The notes below the pieces were generated by a model, which saw nothing but the letters and a program-made list of their open reading frames with translations, searched no databases and was not told where the DNA came from. A program made the translations under genes and the position numbers. Source: a virus. Taken from it: a stretch of 54,194 nt of DNA. Positions 1-9,740 of this stretch are shown piece after piece (within the stretch, counting starts at the first letter, position 1; each line of letters begins with the position of its first letter). The stretch lies in IMG/VR virus record IMGVR_UViG_3300045988_080883, one strand, 5' to 3'.

Positions 1-77
1 GTCGTAGTCGTAGACCATCACGGTGACGAGAGTGCCGACGTATACGGCACAATCACCCACAACCGCGCCCGCGGCAC
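1..77. repeat. 77-bp terminal direct repeat, copy 1 (identical to 54118-54194); contig-closure overlap
   Basis: Read directly: bases 1-77 equal bases 54118-54194 with no mismatch. An ORF runs through the junction in phase. Confidence 0.95.
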
Positions 78-276
78 ACACCTGCTCGACCCCATGAAAG
101 CCATCGTGAAGAAGCTTATGGACGAGGGCAAGACCGTGGACGAGATCGGCAAGCAGCTGGGCATGAAGCCCGAAGAGATCTTCCGTCTGTCCGGCTTCAC
201 CAAAGACGAGTTCCTGAACATGATGACCAAAGACCATCCGACATACTCCAAGGCCAAGGTCATCCGTAGCATCTGA
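1..276 (+). CDS. ParB/Srx-fold IbrB-like protein, C-terminal part (CDS wraps from 53866 across the junction)
   Basis: Frame 1 is open from base 1 to TGA 274-276. It is in phase with the ORF starting at ATG 53866 once the 77-bp overlap is removed. The joined product is about 175 aa. Confidence 0.8.
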   Translation, partial: VVVVDHHGDESADVYGTITHNRARGTHLLDPMKAIVKKLMDEGKTVDEIGKQLGMKPEEIFRLSGFTKDEFLNMMTKDHPTYSKAKVIRSI

Positions 277-293
277 GAGAGGAGCGTATCACA

Positions 294-443
294 ATGCCTG
301 TCGTAGACATCTACGTTAATAAGCCTGTACCCGTGCAGGACATGGAGTTCACCTTCGTGTATGACCCTGCAATGGTTGAAGCTGCGCTCCACCCGCCCGA
401 CAGCGGGCAGGAGCAGCCGTTCGGTGCTGAAAAGGTACTGTGA
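294..443 (+). CDS. hypothetical small protein (49 aa)
   Basis: ATG 294 is preceded by GAGAGGAG. It is below the ORF-track cutoff and no family was recognised. Confidence 0.3.
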   Translation: MPVVDIYVNKPVPVQDMEFTFVYDPAMVEAALHPPDSGQEQPFGAEKVL

Positions 444-588
444 CGGGGGTACCCTACCATGAGCGGGCTCGTCGACCCCGAAATCATGCTAGTTAGTAAG
501 GGAAAAATCAGCCATTTCGTTACGCTTTGTATAACGAATTTCAAGGAATTTTCCAGATAGTTTTACCAGAAAAGGAGGTGGTTTCTGG

Positions 589-1161
589 ATGCCTACAAAA
601 GAAAGACTTGCTGACAGAAACGTGACCACCACCGAACTGGCTCTGATACTGGGAATCACAGGCCGCAGAGTGCAGCAGCTAACACAGGATGGTGTGCTTA
701 CCACCGTCAGCCGGGGAAAGTTCGTCTTGTCTGATGCCGTGCAAGCCTACATCGGCAGCATCTCCCGTGGCGGGCTGACCAAGGAAGAAGCGGAGGAGGC
801 CAAGAAGATTGAGCGGGTCAAGGCCAAGGCTGAGGCCACGCTCAAGACCAGCAAGGCCAAAATCGCACAGGCAGAAGCCAAGGAGCTGTCTGGGCAGATG
901 CACCGCAGCGAGGACGTTGCTGCCATGACCGCCGAACTTATCTACACCATCCGGGGTGCGCTGATGGCGTTGCCCAGCCGGGTGGCCATCAATGCTGCTG
1001 CTCTATCTGATCCTGCTGAGGTTGCAGAGTATATGCGCGGCGAGGTCAATCAGATTGCGGAGGAAATCGCTCTGTTCCGCTATGACCCGGCCAAGTATGA
1101 GGCTCGCGTCCGGGAACGCCGGTCGTGGACTGATAAACTGGGCGGTGACGAGGATGAGTGA
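589..1161 (+). CDS. terS: terminase small subunit, Nu1-like (N-terminal HTH)
   Basis: AAAGGAGG RBS. The N-terminal HTH (TTTELALILGITGRRVQQLTQDG) and helical C-part resemble Nu1-type small terminases. It overlaps the terL start. Confidence 0.75.
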   Translation: MPTKERLADRNVTTTELALILGITGRRVQQLTQDGVLTTVSRGKFVLSDAVQAYIGSISRGGLTKEEAEEAKKIERVKAKAEATLKTSKAKIAQAEAKELSGQMHRSEDVAAMTAELIYTIRGALMALPSRVAINAAALSDPAEVAEYMRGEVNQIAEEIALFRYDPAKYEARVRERRSWTDKLGGDEDE

Positions 1162-3073
1162 CAACGCCGCAGTAGACCGCCTGAATGCTCTGGTGTCGAA
1201 GCTGGTGGCAGCTATTCGCCCGCCGCCCAACGAGACGGTCAGCGAGTGGGCAGCACAAAACCGCGTCCTGTCCCCGGAAGCATCTGCTGAACAAGGCCGC
1301 TGGCGCAACAGCAGAACGCCCTATCTGGTGGAAATCATGGACGCATACTCTGACCCTCGCGTCCATCACATTGTTGTCGTTGCGTCCTCGCAGGTCGGCA
1401 AGAGCGAATTTGAAAACAATGTCATCGGCAGAACGATTGACGTTGACCCAGGATCTATCCTTTTTATCCACCCGGTTCAGACTGATGCAAAGGAGTACAG
1501 CAAGCTGCGTATCGCTCCCATGATACGAGATTGCCCTACCCTGCGGGCAAAGGTGGCAGAGAGCAAGAGCCGAGACAGCGGCAACACCATTCTGCAGAAG
1601 TCTTACCCCGGCGGCATCCTGACCATGTGCGGCTCCACCGAGGCGCACGCTCTGGCATCGAAACCCATCCGCTATGTTCTGGGGGATGAACGTGACCGCT
1701 GGGCTGCGAGCGCCGGTACTGAGGGCGACCCTTGGGAACTGGCAATGGCCAGACAGACCACGTTCTATAATTCGAAGGCGGTGGAGGTCAGCACCCCCAC
1801 CATCAAGGGCCACAGTGCCATCGCAAAGTCCTACGTCAAGGGAACGATGGAACGCTGGGTATCCCAGTGCCCGCACTGCAAGGGCTTCCACGAACTGCGC
1901 TGGGAAGATATTCGGTACGATTACGACACCATTGAGACCCACGGCGAGAAAACCTACAAGGTCAAGGATGTGTGGTATCTCTGCCCGGAGTGCGGCTGCA
2001 TTTCGGACGAGGTGACCATGAAGCGGGCACCCGCTCACTGGCAGGCTGAAAATCCGGCAGCCTATGAGAACGGCATCCGCAGCTTCTGGCTGAACAGCTT
2101 CGTCAGTCAATGGGCGGCATGGAAAGACACCGTGCTGAAATACCTGAACGCCTTGGGCGATACCAAGAAGATGCAGGTCGTCTACAACACCCGCCTTGGG
2201 CTGCTGTGGGAAGACCGTGGCGATGTGCAGGACGAGGATACCATGCTGGGCCGCAGGGAGGAATATCCCGCAGAACTGCCGGAGGGTGTTCTGGTGCTGA
2301 CTGCTGGCGTTGACACGCAGGATGACCGCATGGAGTACGAGATCGTGGGCTTCGGCCACTTCGGGGAAACATGGGGCATCGAAAAGGGCATCGTCAGCGG
2401 CAGACCTGACAGCGATGAAGTCTGGCAGCAGCTGGACGAACTGGTGTTTGACCGCAAGCTGAAATTTGCTGATGGCGTGGAACTGCCTGTGTCCATCAAA
2501 TTTGTGGACGAGGGCGGTCATTTCACCCAAGAAATACGCCAGCGGTGCCATGACCGCATAGGCAAAAAGGTTTTCTGCATCAAGGGTTTTCCCGGCTCTG
2601 ATAGGCCATTTACCGGCCCGCCGAAACAGCAGAAAATCACGGTGCAGAACCGCTACATCGGGATGTGCTGGCAGTACCAGCTGGGCGTTGACTCCGGCAA
2701 ACAAATCATCATGGACGACCTGAAAGTACAGGAGCCAGGTGCCCGGTACTGCCACTTCCCGCGCCGGGATGATTACGGCCTTGGCTATTTTAATGGCCTG
2801 CTGTCTGAGCATTTGGTTTACAAGGATGGCCACCGCAATCCGTGGCAGTGGGAGAAAATCTCCGGCCATGAGCGCAACGAGCCATTGGACTGTAGAAACT
2901 ACGCTCTGGCGGCTTTCAAGGTGCTGCCGAAAGACCTCGATGCCATTGACCGCAGGCTGAAACAGCTGCGTGGCAAGGCAGTCGATACCCCGGCAACGGT
3001 AAATATTCAACAACCCATCTCCCGCTCCCAGCCAACCGGCAGAAAGCGGGAGAAACTTTTAGATGACTGGTGA
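1154..3073 (+). CDS. terL: terminase large subunit, lambda GpA family
   Basis: 640-aa product with a Walker-type ASSQVGKSE motif and the GpA-type Cys cluster CPHC...CPECG. The start was moved to ATG 1154 (MSDNAAV), which overlaps the terS stop. Confidence 0.9.
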   Translation: MSDNAAVDRLNALVSKLVAAIRPPPNETVSEWAAQNRVLSPEASAEQGRWRNSRTPYLVEIMDAYSDPRVHHIVVVASSQVGKSEFENNVIGRTIDVDPGSILFIHPVQTDAKEYSKLRIAPMIRDCPTLRAKVAESKSRDSGNTILQKSYPGGILTMCGSTEAHALASKPIRYVLGDERDRWAASAGTEGDPWELAMARQTTFYNSKAVEVSTPTIKGHSAIAKSYVKGTMERWVSQCPHCKGFHELRWEDIRYDYDTIETHGEKTYKVKDVWYLCPECGCISDEVTMKRAPAHWQAENPAAYENGIRSFWLNSFVSQWAAWKDTVLKYLNALGDTKKMQVVYNTRLGLLWEDRGDVQDEDTMLGRREEYPAELPEGVLVLTAGVDTQDDRMEYEIVGFGHFGETWGIEKGIVSGRPDSDEVWQQLDELVFDRKLKFADGVELPVSIKFVDEGGHFTQEIRQRCHDRIGKKVFCIKGFPGSDRPFTGPPKQQKITVQNRYIGMCWQYQLGVDSGKQIIMDDLKVQEPGARYCHFPRRDDYGLGYFNGLLSEHLVYKDGHRNPWQWEKISGHERNEPLDCRNYALAAFKVLPKDLDAIDRRLKQLRGKAVDTPATVNIQQPISRSQPTGRKREKLLDDW

Positions 3074-3083
3074 GGTGTGAGGT

Positions 3084-3338
3084 ATGGATACCGTGACCAT
3101 CAAAAAGCGGCTGGAGTTCCACACGCGGCGGCTTGACAACCTGTATTTGGCCTACAGCAAGCTGCTTTCCGGCGGCGTGAAAAGCTACCGTCTTGATGAC
3201 CGGGAACTTACACGCCTCGACCTCGGCAAATTGAGCGACGAAATCAAGGATGCCGAGGAAAAAGTCGATGAACTGACTGCGCTGCTGAACGGCCAGAGTG
3301 CCCGCAAGGCATTTGCCGTTATTCCGCGCGATTGGTAA
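3084..3338 (+). CDS. head-tail joining protein, gpW-like
   Basis: 84 aa, placed between terL and portal as in lambda. The YRLDDRELTRLDL motif is typical of the gpW family. Confidence 0.65.
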   Translation: MDTVTIKKRLEFHTRRLDNLYLAYSKLLSGGVKSYRLDDRELTRLDLGKLSDEIKDAEEKVDELTALLNGQSARKAFAVIPRDW

Positions 3339-3443
3339 TTTTTTAGGGTGACAGCCCATCTGGGCTTTTGCCGCGGACTGGCTGCTTTTTACTCCTTTCC
3401 CCAGCCAGCCCGCTTAGTTTGAAATTTACGGAGGCGATTACTT

Positions 3444-5048
3444 TTGAGCGTCAGATACCGCGTCACTGCTGCACCGCAAGCCAGCGGATACAGCGAAGCG
3501 GGCGCATCCTACAAGCGGCGCGCGCTGCGGGCATTCTTCCCCAACAGCAACTCGCCGAGCAGCGATATACACGACAACGCCGACACCCTGCGGCAGCGCA
3601 GCCGGATGCTCTACATGAGCGCACCGATTGCCACGAGTGCCATCAACACCAACCGCACAAAGGTGGTCGGCACCGGCCTGACCCTGAAAGCTACTGTTGA
3701 CAGGGACGTGCTGGGACTTTCCCCGGAGGCAGCCAAAGAGTGGCAGACCAAGACTGAGGCAGAGTTCCGGCTTTGGGCAGAGAACCGCCGCAGCTGCGAT
3801 GCCATGGGGCTGAACAACTTCTACGGCTTGCAGCAGCTGGCCTTGAAAAGCTGGCTCATGAGCGGCGATGTGTTCGCCGTTGTGAAAATCCGCAACCCGG
3901 ATAAGCTGCATCCCTATGGCCTGCGGCTGCATCTGGTGGAGGCCGACCGAGTGTCCACCCCGGACAAGTGCGGCGGCCTACTGGACGGTCTGGGCTACAC
4001 CGAGGGCAAGAACCCCAGCAACGGCAATAAAATCTATGACGGCGTGGAAGTGGACAGCAGCGGTGCAATCGTGGCCTACTGGGTGCGCAACACCTACCCG
4101 CACGAGTGGAAGAACGATACAACCACATGGCAGCGGGTGGAAGTGGCTGGCGATAAAACCGGGCTGCCCCAGATCCTGCACATCATGGAATCGGAACGCC
4201 CGGACCAGTACCGCGGCGTTCCGCTCATTGCGCCCATCATCGAACCGCTGCTCCAGCTGCGCAGATACACCGAATCGGAACTGATTGCAGCACTGGTCCA
4301 GAGCTACTTCACAGCGTGGATTGTGTCGCAAACGCCCAAGAGCGCAATTCCGTTCAACGAAGTGGGTGGTGGCGACCTCGGCGGCGTTCCTGTTGACAAC
4401 CCGCAGACCGACAATGCCAGCCATAGCGAGAACGAGTACGAGATGAGCCCCGGTCAGGTGTTCCACCTCGACAAGGACGAGGACATCAAGTTCGGAAGCC
4501 CGAATGTTCCGACCGCGGGCTTTGATACGTTCGTTCGGACGATGTGCAAGCTGATGGGTGGAGCCATCGAGATGCCGTATGAACTGCTGCTGAAAGAGTT
4601 CAACGCCAGCTATTCGGCAAGCCGTGCTGCCCTGCTGGAAGCATGGGAGGCGTTCAAGATGCGCCGCACATGGCTGGTGGACAGCTTCTGCCAGCCCGCG
4701 TATGAAATCTGGCTGGCAGAGGCCGTAGCCCGTGGGCGAGTAATCGCTCCGGGCTTTTTTGATGACCCGCTGCTCCGTGCTGCATGGTGCGGCGCCCGCT
4801 GGATTGGCCCTGTGCAGGGCAGTCTTGACCCCGCCAAGGAAGTCAATGCAGCCATTCTCCAGACGCACCACGCCTTTAAGACCCACGAACAGGTCACCCT
4901 TGAGATGGGCGGCGGCGACTGGGCCGAAAACGCCGAACAGCTGGCTCGTGAAAATGAGCTGCTGAAAGCAGCTGGCAGTGAGGGCGCAATCGAAACCACC
5001 GCCAGCATTACGACACAGGGAGGTAAGCAAAATGCCCAAACCGAATAA
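3444..5048 (+). CDS. portal protein, lambda family
   Basis: 534 aa with a TTG start after GGAGG. The N-terminal YKRRALRAF...LRQRSRMLY and overall profile resemble lambda gpB-type portals. Confidence 0.9.
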   Translation: MSVRYRVTAAPQASGYSEAGASYKRRALRAFFPNSNSPSSDIHDNADTLRQRSRMLYMSAPIATSAINTNRTKVVGTGLTLKATVDRDVLGLSPEAAKEWQTKTEAEFRLWAENRRSCDAMGLNNFYGLQQLALKSWLMSGDVFAVVKIRNPDKLHPYGLRLHLVEADRVSTPDKCGGLLDGLGYTEGKNPSNGNKIYDGVEVDSSGAIVAYWVRNTYPHEWKNDTTTWQRVEVAGDKTGLPQILHIMESERPDQYRGVPLIAPIIEPLLQLRRYTESELIAALVQSYFTAWIVSQTPKSAIPFNEVGGGDLGGVPVDNPQTDNASHSENEYEMSPGQVFHLDKDEDIKFGSPNVPTAGFDTFVRTMCKLMGGAIEMPYELLLKEFNASYSASRAALLEAWEAFKMRRTWLVDSFCQPAYEIWLAEAVARGRVIAPGFFDDPLLRAAWCGARWIGPVQGSLDPAKEVNAAILQTHHAFKTHEQVTLEMGGGDWAENAEQLARENELLKAAGSEGAIETTASITTQGGKQNAQTE

Positions 5049-6264
5049 CGCACCGCAGGTGAATATCCTGCGGCCTTGTTATGCAATGGCCAGCACTGAC
5101 GGCCAGACCGCGGATATTACTATGTACGGCGAAATCGTGGAAACGCAGCCCATCGACTGGTGGACTGACGAGCCGATTCCGGGACAGTACATCATCGAGA
5201 GCGAGTTCCTGTCGGACTTGCAGCAGGTCGAAAACTGCCCGCAGATCATCATCCGCATGGACAGTCTGGGCGGCGATGCGGGCGTTTCCATCCTGATTCA
5301 CAACAGGCTGCGCGAACTGGCCGCCAAGGGCACGAAGCTGACCTGCATTGTGGACGGCGTGGCCATGTCTGGCGGCAGTCTTATCATGTGCGCCTGCGAT
5401 ACGGTAAAGGTGAATCCTTCCAGCCTTGTGATGATTCACAAGTGCTGGACTCCCATTCGAGGCGCGCTCAATGCTGACGAACTTCGCAAGGCTGCGGAAG
5501 CCAATGATGCATGGGATAAGAGCCAAGTCGCCATCTACAAGCGGAAGACTGGCCTGTCTGAAACCGTGCTGCTGCACATGATGGGCGACACCACCTATAT
5601 GACGGGCAAGGAGGCCATCGAAAAAGGCTTTGCCAATGAGCTGCTGGACGATGCCGAGCCCGTGGCAATTTCCGCAAGCGCAGACCGCCAGACCATCTAC
5701 GCAAAGGGTCACGCCCTGCGCCTGATGCCCGGCGTGAAGCTGCCCGACAACATCCCTATGGCGAAAGCGGCTGCACCTGCTGCCGCTGCTGCAAATACAC
5801 CGGCGGCACCCGCCGCCCAGTCCAACGAAGGAGGACAATCCACTATGGCAAACAATGCAAATCCCACCACTGCAACCCCCGCAGCGGAAAACCCGCAGGC
5901 CGCAGTTGACGCAGCCGTGAGCGCGGAGCGCAACCGTCTGGCCGAAATCGATTCGGTGGCAAGCCTGTTTGACCCCGCTCTGGTGCAGGAGGCTAAGTAC
6001 GGCGAGACCGCTTGCGATGCTCGCGAACTGGCATTCCGCGCCGCCAAGGCTGCTGCTGCGCAGGGCCACGAGTTCTTGAAGAATTTGGCAGCGGACAACG
6101 CAGCATCTGGTGCACAGAGTGTGGAAGCTGTTCCGGGCGCGTCTGCATCTGGCAGCCCGGAATCTCTGCCCGATGCAAAGGGCAATGTGCCCAAGACGCA
6201 GGCAGAGCGCATGGCTGCTGCCAAAGCAGTCGTCGATGAGCTGTTCGACGATGACAAGAAGTAA
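5032..6264 (+). CDS. ClpP/S49-type head maturation protease with C-terminal scaffold-like region
   Basis: Start ATG 5032 after GGGAGG. The protease core carries MDSLGGDAG and VDGVAMSGGSLI motifs. An Ala/Pro-rich linker is followed by a helical C-terminus. It sits between portal and capsid genes. Confidence 0.85.
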   Translation: MPKPNNAPQVNILRPCYAMASTDGQTADITMYGEIVETQPIDWWTDEPIPGQYIIESEFLSDLQQVENCPQIIIRMDSLGGDAGVSILIHNRLRELAAKGTKLTCIVDGVAMSGGSLIMCACDTVKVNPSSLVMIHKCWTPIRGALNADELRKAAEANDAWDKSQVAIYKRKTGLSETVLLHMMGDTTYMTGKEAIEKGFANELLDDAEPVAISASADRQTIYAKGHALRLMPGVKLPDNIPMAKAAAPAAAAANTPAAPAAQSNEGGQSTMANNANPTTATPAAENPQAAVDAAVSAERNRLAEIDSVASLFDPALVQEAKYGETACDARELAFRAAKAAAAQGHEFLKNLAADNAASGAQSVEAVPGASASGSPESLPDAKGNVPKTQAERMAAAKAVVDELFDDDKK

Positions 6265-6278
6265 GGAGGAACACAACT

Positions 6279-6686
6279 ATGAGCGAACTGAGCAAATCTC
6301 TTGGCACCATGGAGTATGACGGCCTGATTGCCGACATCAACCCCAAGCTGGTTGTCAGCGGCGGCACTCTCCGTAAGCTGGGCGCTGCTGGCACCATCAA
6401 GCGTGGTACTATTCTGGCAAAGTCCGGCGGTACCGCAGGCGATAACAAGCTGGTGGCACTGGGCACCGCTGCCAGCGGTGATACGGAGACCCTGACCGCA
6501 TACGCCATCCTGTGCGATGATGTTGAGGTTGGCACCACTGATGATGTGACCGTTCCCGTCTATCTGGCCGGCTGCTTCAACCTGAACAAGTGCGTCACCA
6601 TCAATGACCACACTATCACCGAAGCCGAGAAGGATGCCCTGCGTAACGGCGGCATTTTCTTCAAGGCTGCTGCACCTGCACTGTGA
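6279..6686 (+). CDS. head decoration protein, gpD-like
   Basis: 135 aa immediately upstream of the major capsid gene. Gly/Ala-rich beta-type sequence typical of lambda D-like proteins. Confidence 0.7.
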   Translation: MSELSKSLGTMEYDGLIADINPKLVVSGGTLRKLGAAGTIKRGTILAKSGGTAGDNKLVALGTAASGDTETLTAYAILCDDVEVGTTDDVTVPVYLAGCFNLNKCVTINDHTITEAEKDALRNGGIFFKAAAPAL

Positions 6687-6699
6687 GGAGGATATAACA

Positions 6700-7782
6700 A
6701 TGCCTGCTGAACTGAATTTTTTCGATACCTACACTCTGATGGCTGTGGAGCAGCGCGCTGTTCCCAGACAGACCTTCTTCCGTGACCGCTACTTCGGCAC
6801 CGACGACGGCGATATCTTCAATTCTGACAAGGTTCTGACCGAGTACATGGATGGTGACCGCAAGATGGCCGCGTTTGTTGGTCCTCGTGTCGGTGCAATC
6901 CCGATGGAGCGCATGGGCTACGAGATTCACGAGTTCGAGCCTGCTGCTATCGGCGTGAGCCGCGAACTGTCCGCCGATGACCTAACCAAGCGCGGCTTCG
7001 GCGAGGCCATCTACGTCAACAGTTCTCCCGCCCAGCGTGCCGCAAGGCTGGTTCAGAACGACCTCGTGGACATGGACAACCGCATCATCCGCACCGAGGA
7101 GTGGATGTGCGCACAGACCATGCTGGAGAACGGCTGCACCATGCAGGAGATGATCGACAACCAGACCAAGGGCGAGGCCAAGGTCGTGAAGTTCTACAAC
7201 CCCGGCCACGAGAATGACCACCTGTACACTGTGGCACACAAGTGGTCTGAGGATACCGGCGACTTCTTCGGCGATGTTCCTGCCATGTGCCGTCTGCTGT
7301 CCAAGCGCGGCCTGCGCGCCGTTGACCTGCTGCTGGGTGCCGATGTGTATGATGCCGTCCTGAACATGGAAAAGGTTCAGCGTCTGCTGGATAAGAACTC
7401 CGGCATCATCGTCGGCAAAATCGAGCAGGAACTGAGCGCATACGATGGCGTTACCTACGGCGGCACCCTCAACTTCCGCGGCTATAAGCTGAACCTCATT
7501 TCCGTGGATGAAACCTACGTTGACACCGCCAACGCAGAGCAGCGTTACTTCCCGAAGACCGATGCCCTGATTACGGCTCCTGGCTGCGGTCATCTGATGT
7601 ATGGCGCCATCACTCAGATCAACTATGGCGATACCATCCAGTCGACCATCGCTGCCCGCCGCGTTCCTAAGTTCAGCATCGATCAGGAGAACGATGTGCG
7701 TAAGATGAGCCTGAAGACCCGCCCGCTGGCTGCGCCCAAGAACTACATTCCTTGGATTCGCGCCAAGAACGTGGTCGGCTAA
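6700..7782 (+). CDS. major capsid protein, lambda gpE family
   Basis: Start ATG 6700 after GAGGAGG. The N-terminus MPAELNFFDTYTLMAVEQ...FFRDRYF is characteristic of capsid protein E. Confidence 0.9.
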   Translation: MPAELNFFDTYTLMAVEQRAVPRQTFFRDRYFGTDDGDIFNSDKVLTEYMDGDRKMAAFVGPRVGAIPMERMGYEIHEFEPAAIGVSRELSADDLTKRGFGEAIYVNSSPAQRAARLVQNDLVDMDNRIIRTEEWMCAQTMLENGCTMQEMIDNQTKGEAKVVKFYNPGHENDHLYTVAHKWSEDTGDFFGDVPAMCRLLSKRGLRAVDLLLGADVYDAVLNMEKVQRLLDKNSGIIVGKIEQELSAYDGVTYGGTLNFRGYKLNLISVDETYVDTANAEQRYFPKTDALITAPGCGHLMYGAITQINYGDTIQSTIAARRVPKFSIDQENDVRKMSLKTRPLAAPKNYIPWIRAKNVVG

Positions 7783-7806
7783 GTCCGGCCTGAAAGGAGT
7801 ACACCG

Positions 7807-8244
7807 ATGATTGTTGAAATTCTTTGCGGCGGCTACGGCTGCCCCACCAAGACTGGCGTTCACACTGTTTCGCGCGGCGAGCGGTGTGAGGTCAGCGATG
7901 CCGAAGCAGCCCGCCTTATCGGACTGGGTGTGGCGAAATGCGCGTTTTCTGCGCCCACTGCCCCGGAAACCGCCCCTGCGGACGTTCCGGCAACTGCGGA
8001 AGGTAACGACACCCCCGCAGCCGAAGCCTCGCAGAACGGCTCTGAGGCGGCACACCTCGACCCCGACCAGCTGCACGATATGACCGTTGCCAACCTGAAA
8101 AAGCTGGCTGCGGATATGGGCATCGACACCAAGCAGCTCAAGACCAAGGACGCACTCATTCAGGCTATCTGCGCCGAGGACGTTGTGCCCGGTGACGAGT
8201 GCGCCGATGGTCCTGAACTGGCAGCTGCGATGCCCACGGCGTGA
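7807..8244 (+). CDS. hypothetical head-associated protein with Rho-N/SAP-like helix pair
   Basis: AAAGGAG RBS. The segment MTVANLKKLAADMGIDTKQLKTKDALIQAI resembles Rho N-terminal/SAP motifs. Confidence 0.4.
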   Translation: MIVEILCGGYGCPTKTGVHTVSRGERCEVSDAEAARLIGLGVAKCAFSAPTAPETAPADVPATAEGNDTPAAEASQNGSEAAHLDPDQLHDMTVANLKKLAADMGIDTKQLKTKDALIQAICAEDVVPGDECADGPELAAAMPTA

Positions 8245-8600
8245 GTGCCTTTAAAGACGCTGTGCAGGAAGACCTGAACAGCGTCTTTCTGAATCTGGAT
8301 GAGTTCGCCGAAACGCACACGGTCTACTATGATGGAGAGGAATACCCTGACGTTCCTCTGGTTCTGACAGGCCTCTCTGAAAAGGAGCGTGTACGTCAGG
8401 CCATCAGCGACCATGCGCAGGGTCTGTACCGGGTCAGCCGGGTGCTGCACTGCAATATTGCATCCCTCGGTGGAAAGCAGCCTGAAAAGGATTGCAAGCT
8501 GGGCATTGACGAGGATGGATTCGTCCGAAACTACTATGTGGCATCCTCTGTCTGCGAGATGGGGATGCTGCGGGTTGAACTGGAGGCGATTGACGAATGA
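8241..8600 (+). CDS. hypothetical head-tail connector protein
   Basis: Start and stop overlap the flanking genes and the position is in the neck module. No family was recognised. Confidence 0.35.
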   Translation: MSAFKDAVQEDLNSVFLNLDEFAETHTVYYDGEEYPDVPLVLTGLSEKERVRQAISDHAQGLYRVSRVLHCNIASLGGKQPEKDCKLGIDEDGFVRNYYVASSVCEMGMLRVELEAIDE

Positions 8601-9208
8601 GTGATGTGACAACGGACACCATGATGCACAGCGTAGCTGCTGGCATCACCGTTGACATTGCAGAGGAAGGATTTGACCGGGTGTCTGCCCTCCTCGCCGG
8701 AATTCCCGGAGGTGCCAATCGTGCTGTAGGATCTGCGCTGGCTCGCGCCGCTGCCGCCGGAAAAACGGTGGCGAAACGGGCAGTCACGCAGGAGTATGCC
8801 ATCAGCAGCAGCGAATTTTCCAACCGCACAAAGAATATCAACAACATCCAGCGGGGCAGCAATGGCGAGGTTTCTATCAACTTCGGCTACCGTGGCAGCG
8901 TCATCCCTCTTAGAGTTTTCGATACCAAGGTGGACCGCAGCGGCCGCGTGGTAACTCGCGTGAAGAAGTCCGGCGCAAGACAGGCACTGGACCACGCTTT
9001 CGAGGCGAAGATGGGCTCTCACTATGGCATCTATGAGCGGCAAGGAGAAAAACGGTTCCCGGTCAAGGAACTGTTTGGCCCTGCCACCCCGCAGATGATG
9101 TACTCCAACGAGAATGTCATGGACTCCATCGAGGAGAAAATGGCATCCACTTACGAGGAGCGCATTGAGCATGAAATCACGCGAATTTTGAACGGATGGG
9201 GTGTCTGA
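8597..9208 (+). CDS. tail completion protein, lambda gpZ-like (tentative)
   Basis: 203 aa. The pattern NRAVGSALARAA...IPLRVF...RFPVKELFGP resembles minor tail protein Z. Confidence 0.45.
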   Translation: MSDVTTDTMMHSVAAGITVDIAEEGFDRVSALLAGIPGGANRAVGSALARAAAAGKTVAKRAVTQEYAISSSEFSNRTKNINNIQRGSNGEVSINFGYRGSVIPLRVFDTKVDRSGRVVTRVKKSGARQALDHAFEAKMGSHYGIYERQGEKRFPVKELFGPATPQMMYSNENVMDSIEEKMASTYEERIEHEITRILNGWGV

Positions 9209-9740
9209 TATGACCAGCGTTGTTTTGCTTGAGCAGCTGAAAGCATTCACGGAGAAAATCATGGCTGACATGATTCTCCCGGTAGCTATGCAGCAGGGCG
9301 ATACCGAACAGGCCTACCGTGCCCCGGAAGTCTACCTGATGCGGCTGCCCGACAGCCGTTCAGCCAAGAAGAAAGCTCCGTACATCATCCATCGGGTCAT
9401 TCCGCTGGAAACGGAGCAGCAGCCCGGCAGCGAGGAGCGCACGGTGGTTTCTGTGCGCTCTATCTTTTGCTGCTACAACCCGGATGAACAGGAGGGCGAC
9501 CTCGCTCTCCTGAACATGATGGAGCGGTTTCGCGTGGAATTGCTCAAAGTCCGCAAGGTAGGCGGCACTGGCACCGATGGAAAGCGTCGGTATCAGTTTG
9601 CGCTTGACCTGTCTCCCGGTCATAAGCTGGAAAGCGTTCCTTACGACGAGGAAACCAAACCGTATTACGCCGGAGAGATGATTACCTACTGGAAGCTGCC
9701 GACCGTGCAGCAAACGGAGGACATTAAATTATGGCGGTAA
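9201..9740 (+). CDS. hypothetical neck/tail-terminator protein
   Basis: ORF from GTG 9201 (alternative start ATG 9210), upstream of the sheath gene. No family was recognised. Confidence 0.35.
   Translation: MSDMTSVVLLEQLKAFTEKIMADMILPVAMQQGDTEQAYRAPEVYLMRLPDSRSAKKKAPYIIHRVIPLETEQQPGSEERTVVSVRSIFCCYNPDEQEGDLALLNMMERFRVELLKVRKVGGTGTDGKRRYQFALDLSPGHKLESVPYDEETKPYYAGEMITYWKLPTVQQTEDIKLWR

Noticed and set aside
1046-3013. 655-aa minus-strand ORF antisense to the large terminase gene
   Set aside because: It is a mirror ORF of a well-supported GC-rich coding region. It has no RBS, an Arg/Ala/Gly/His-rich low-information translation and no recognisable family.
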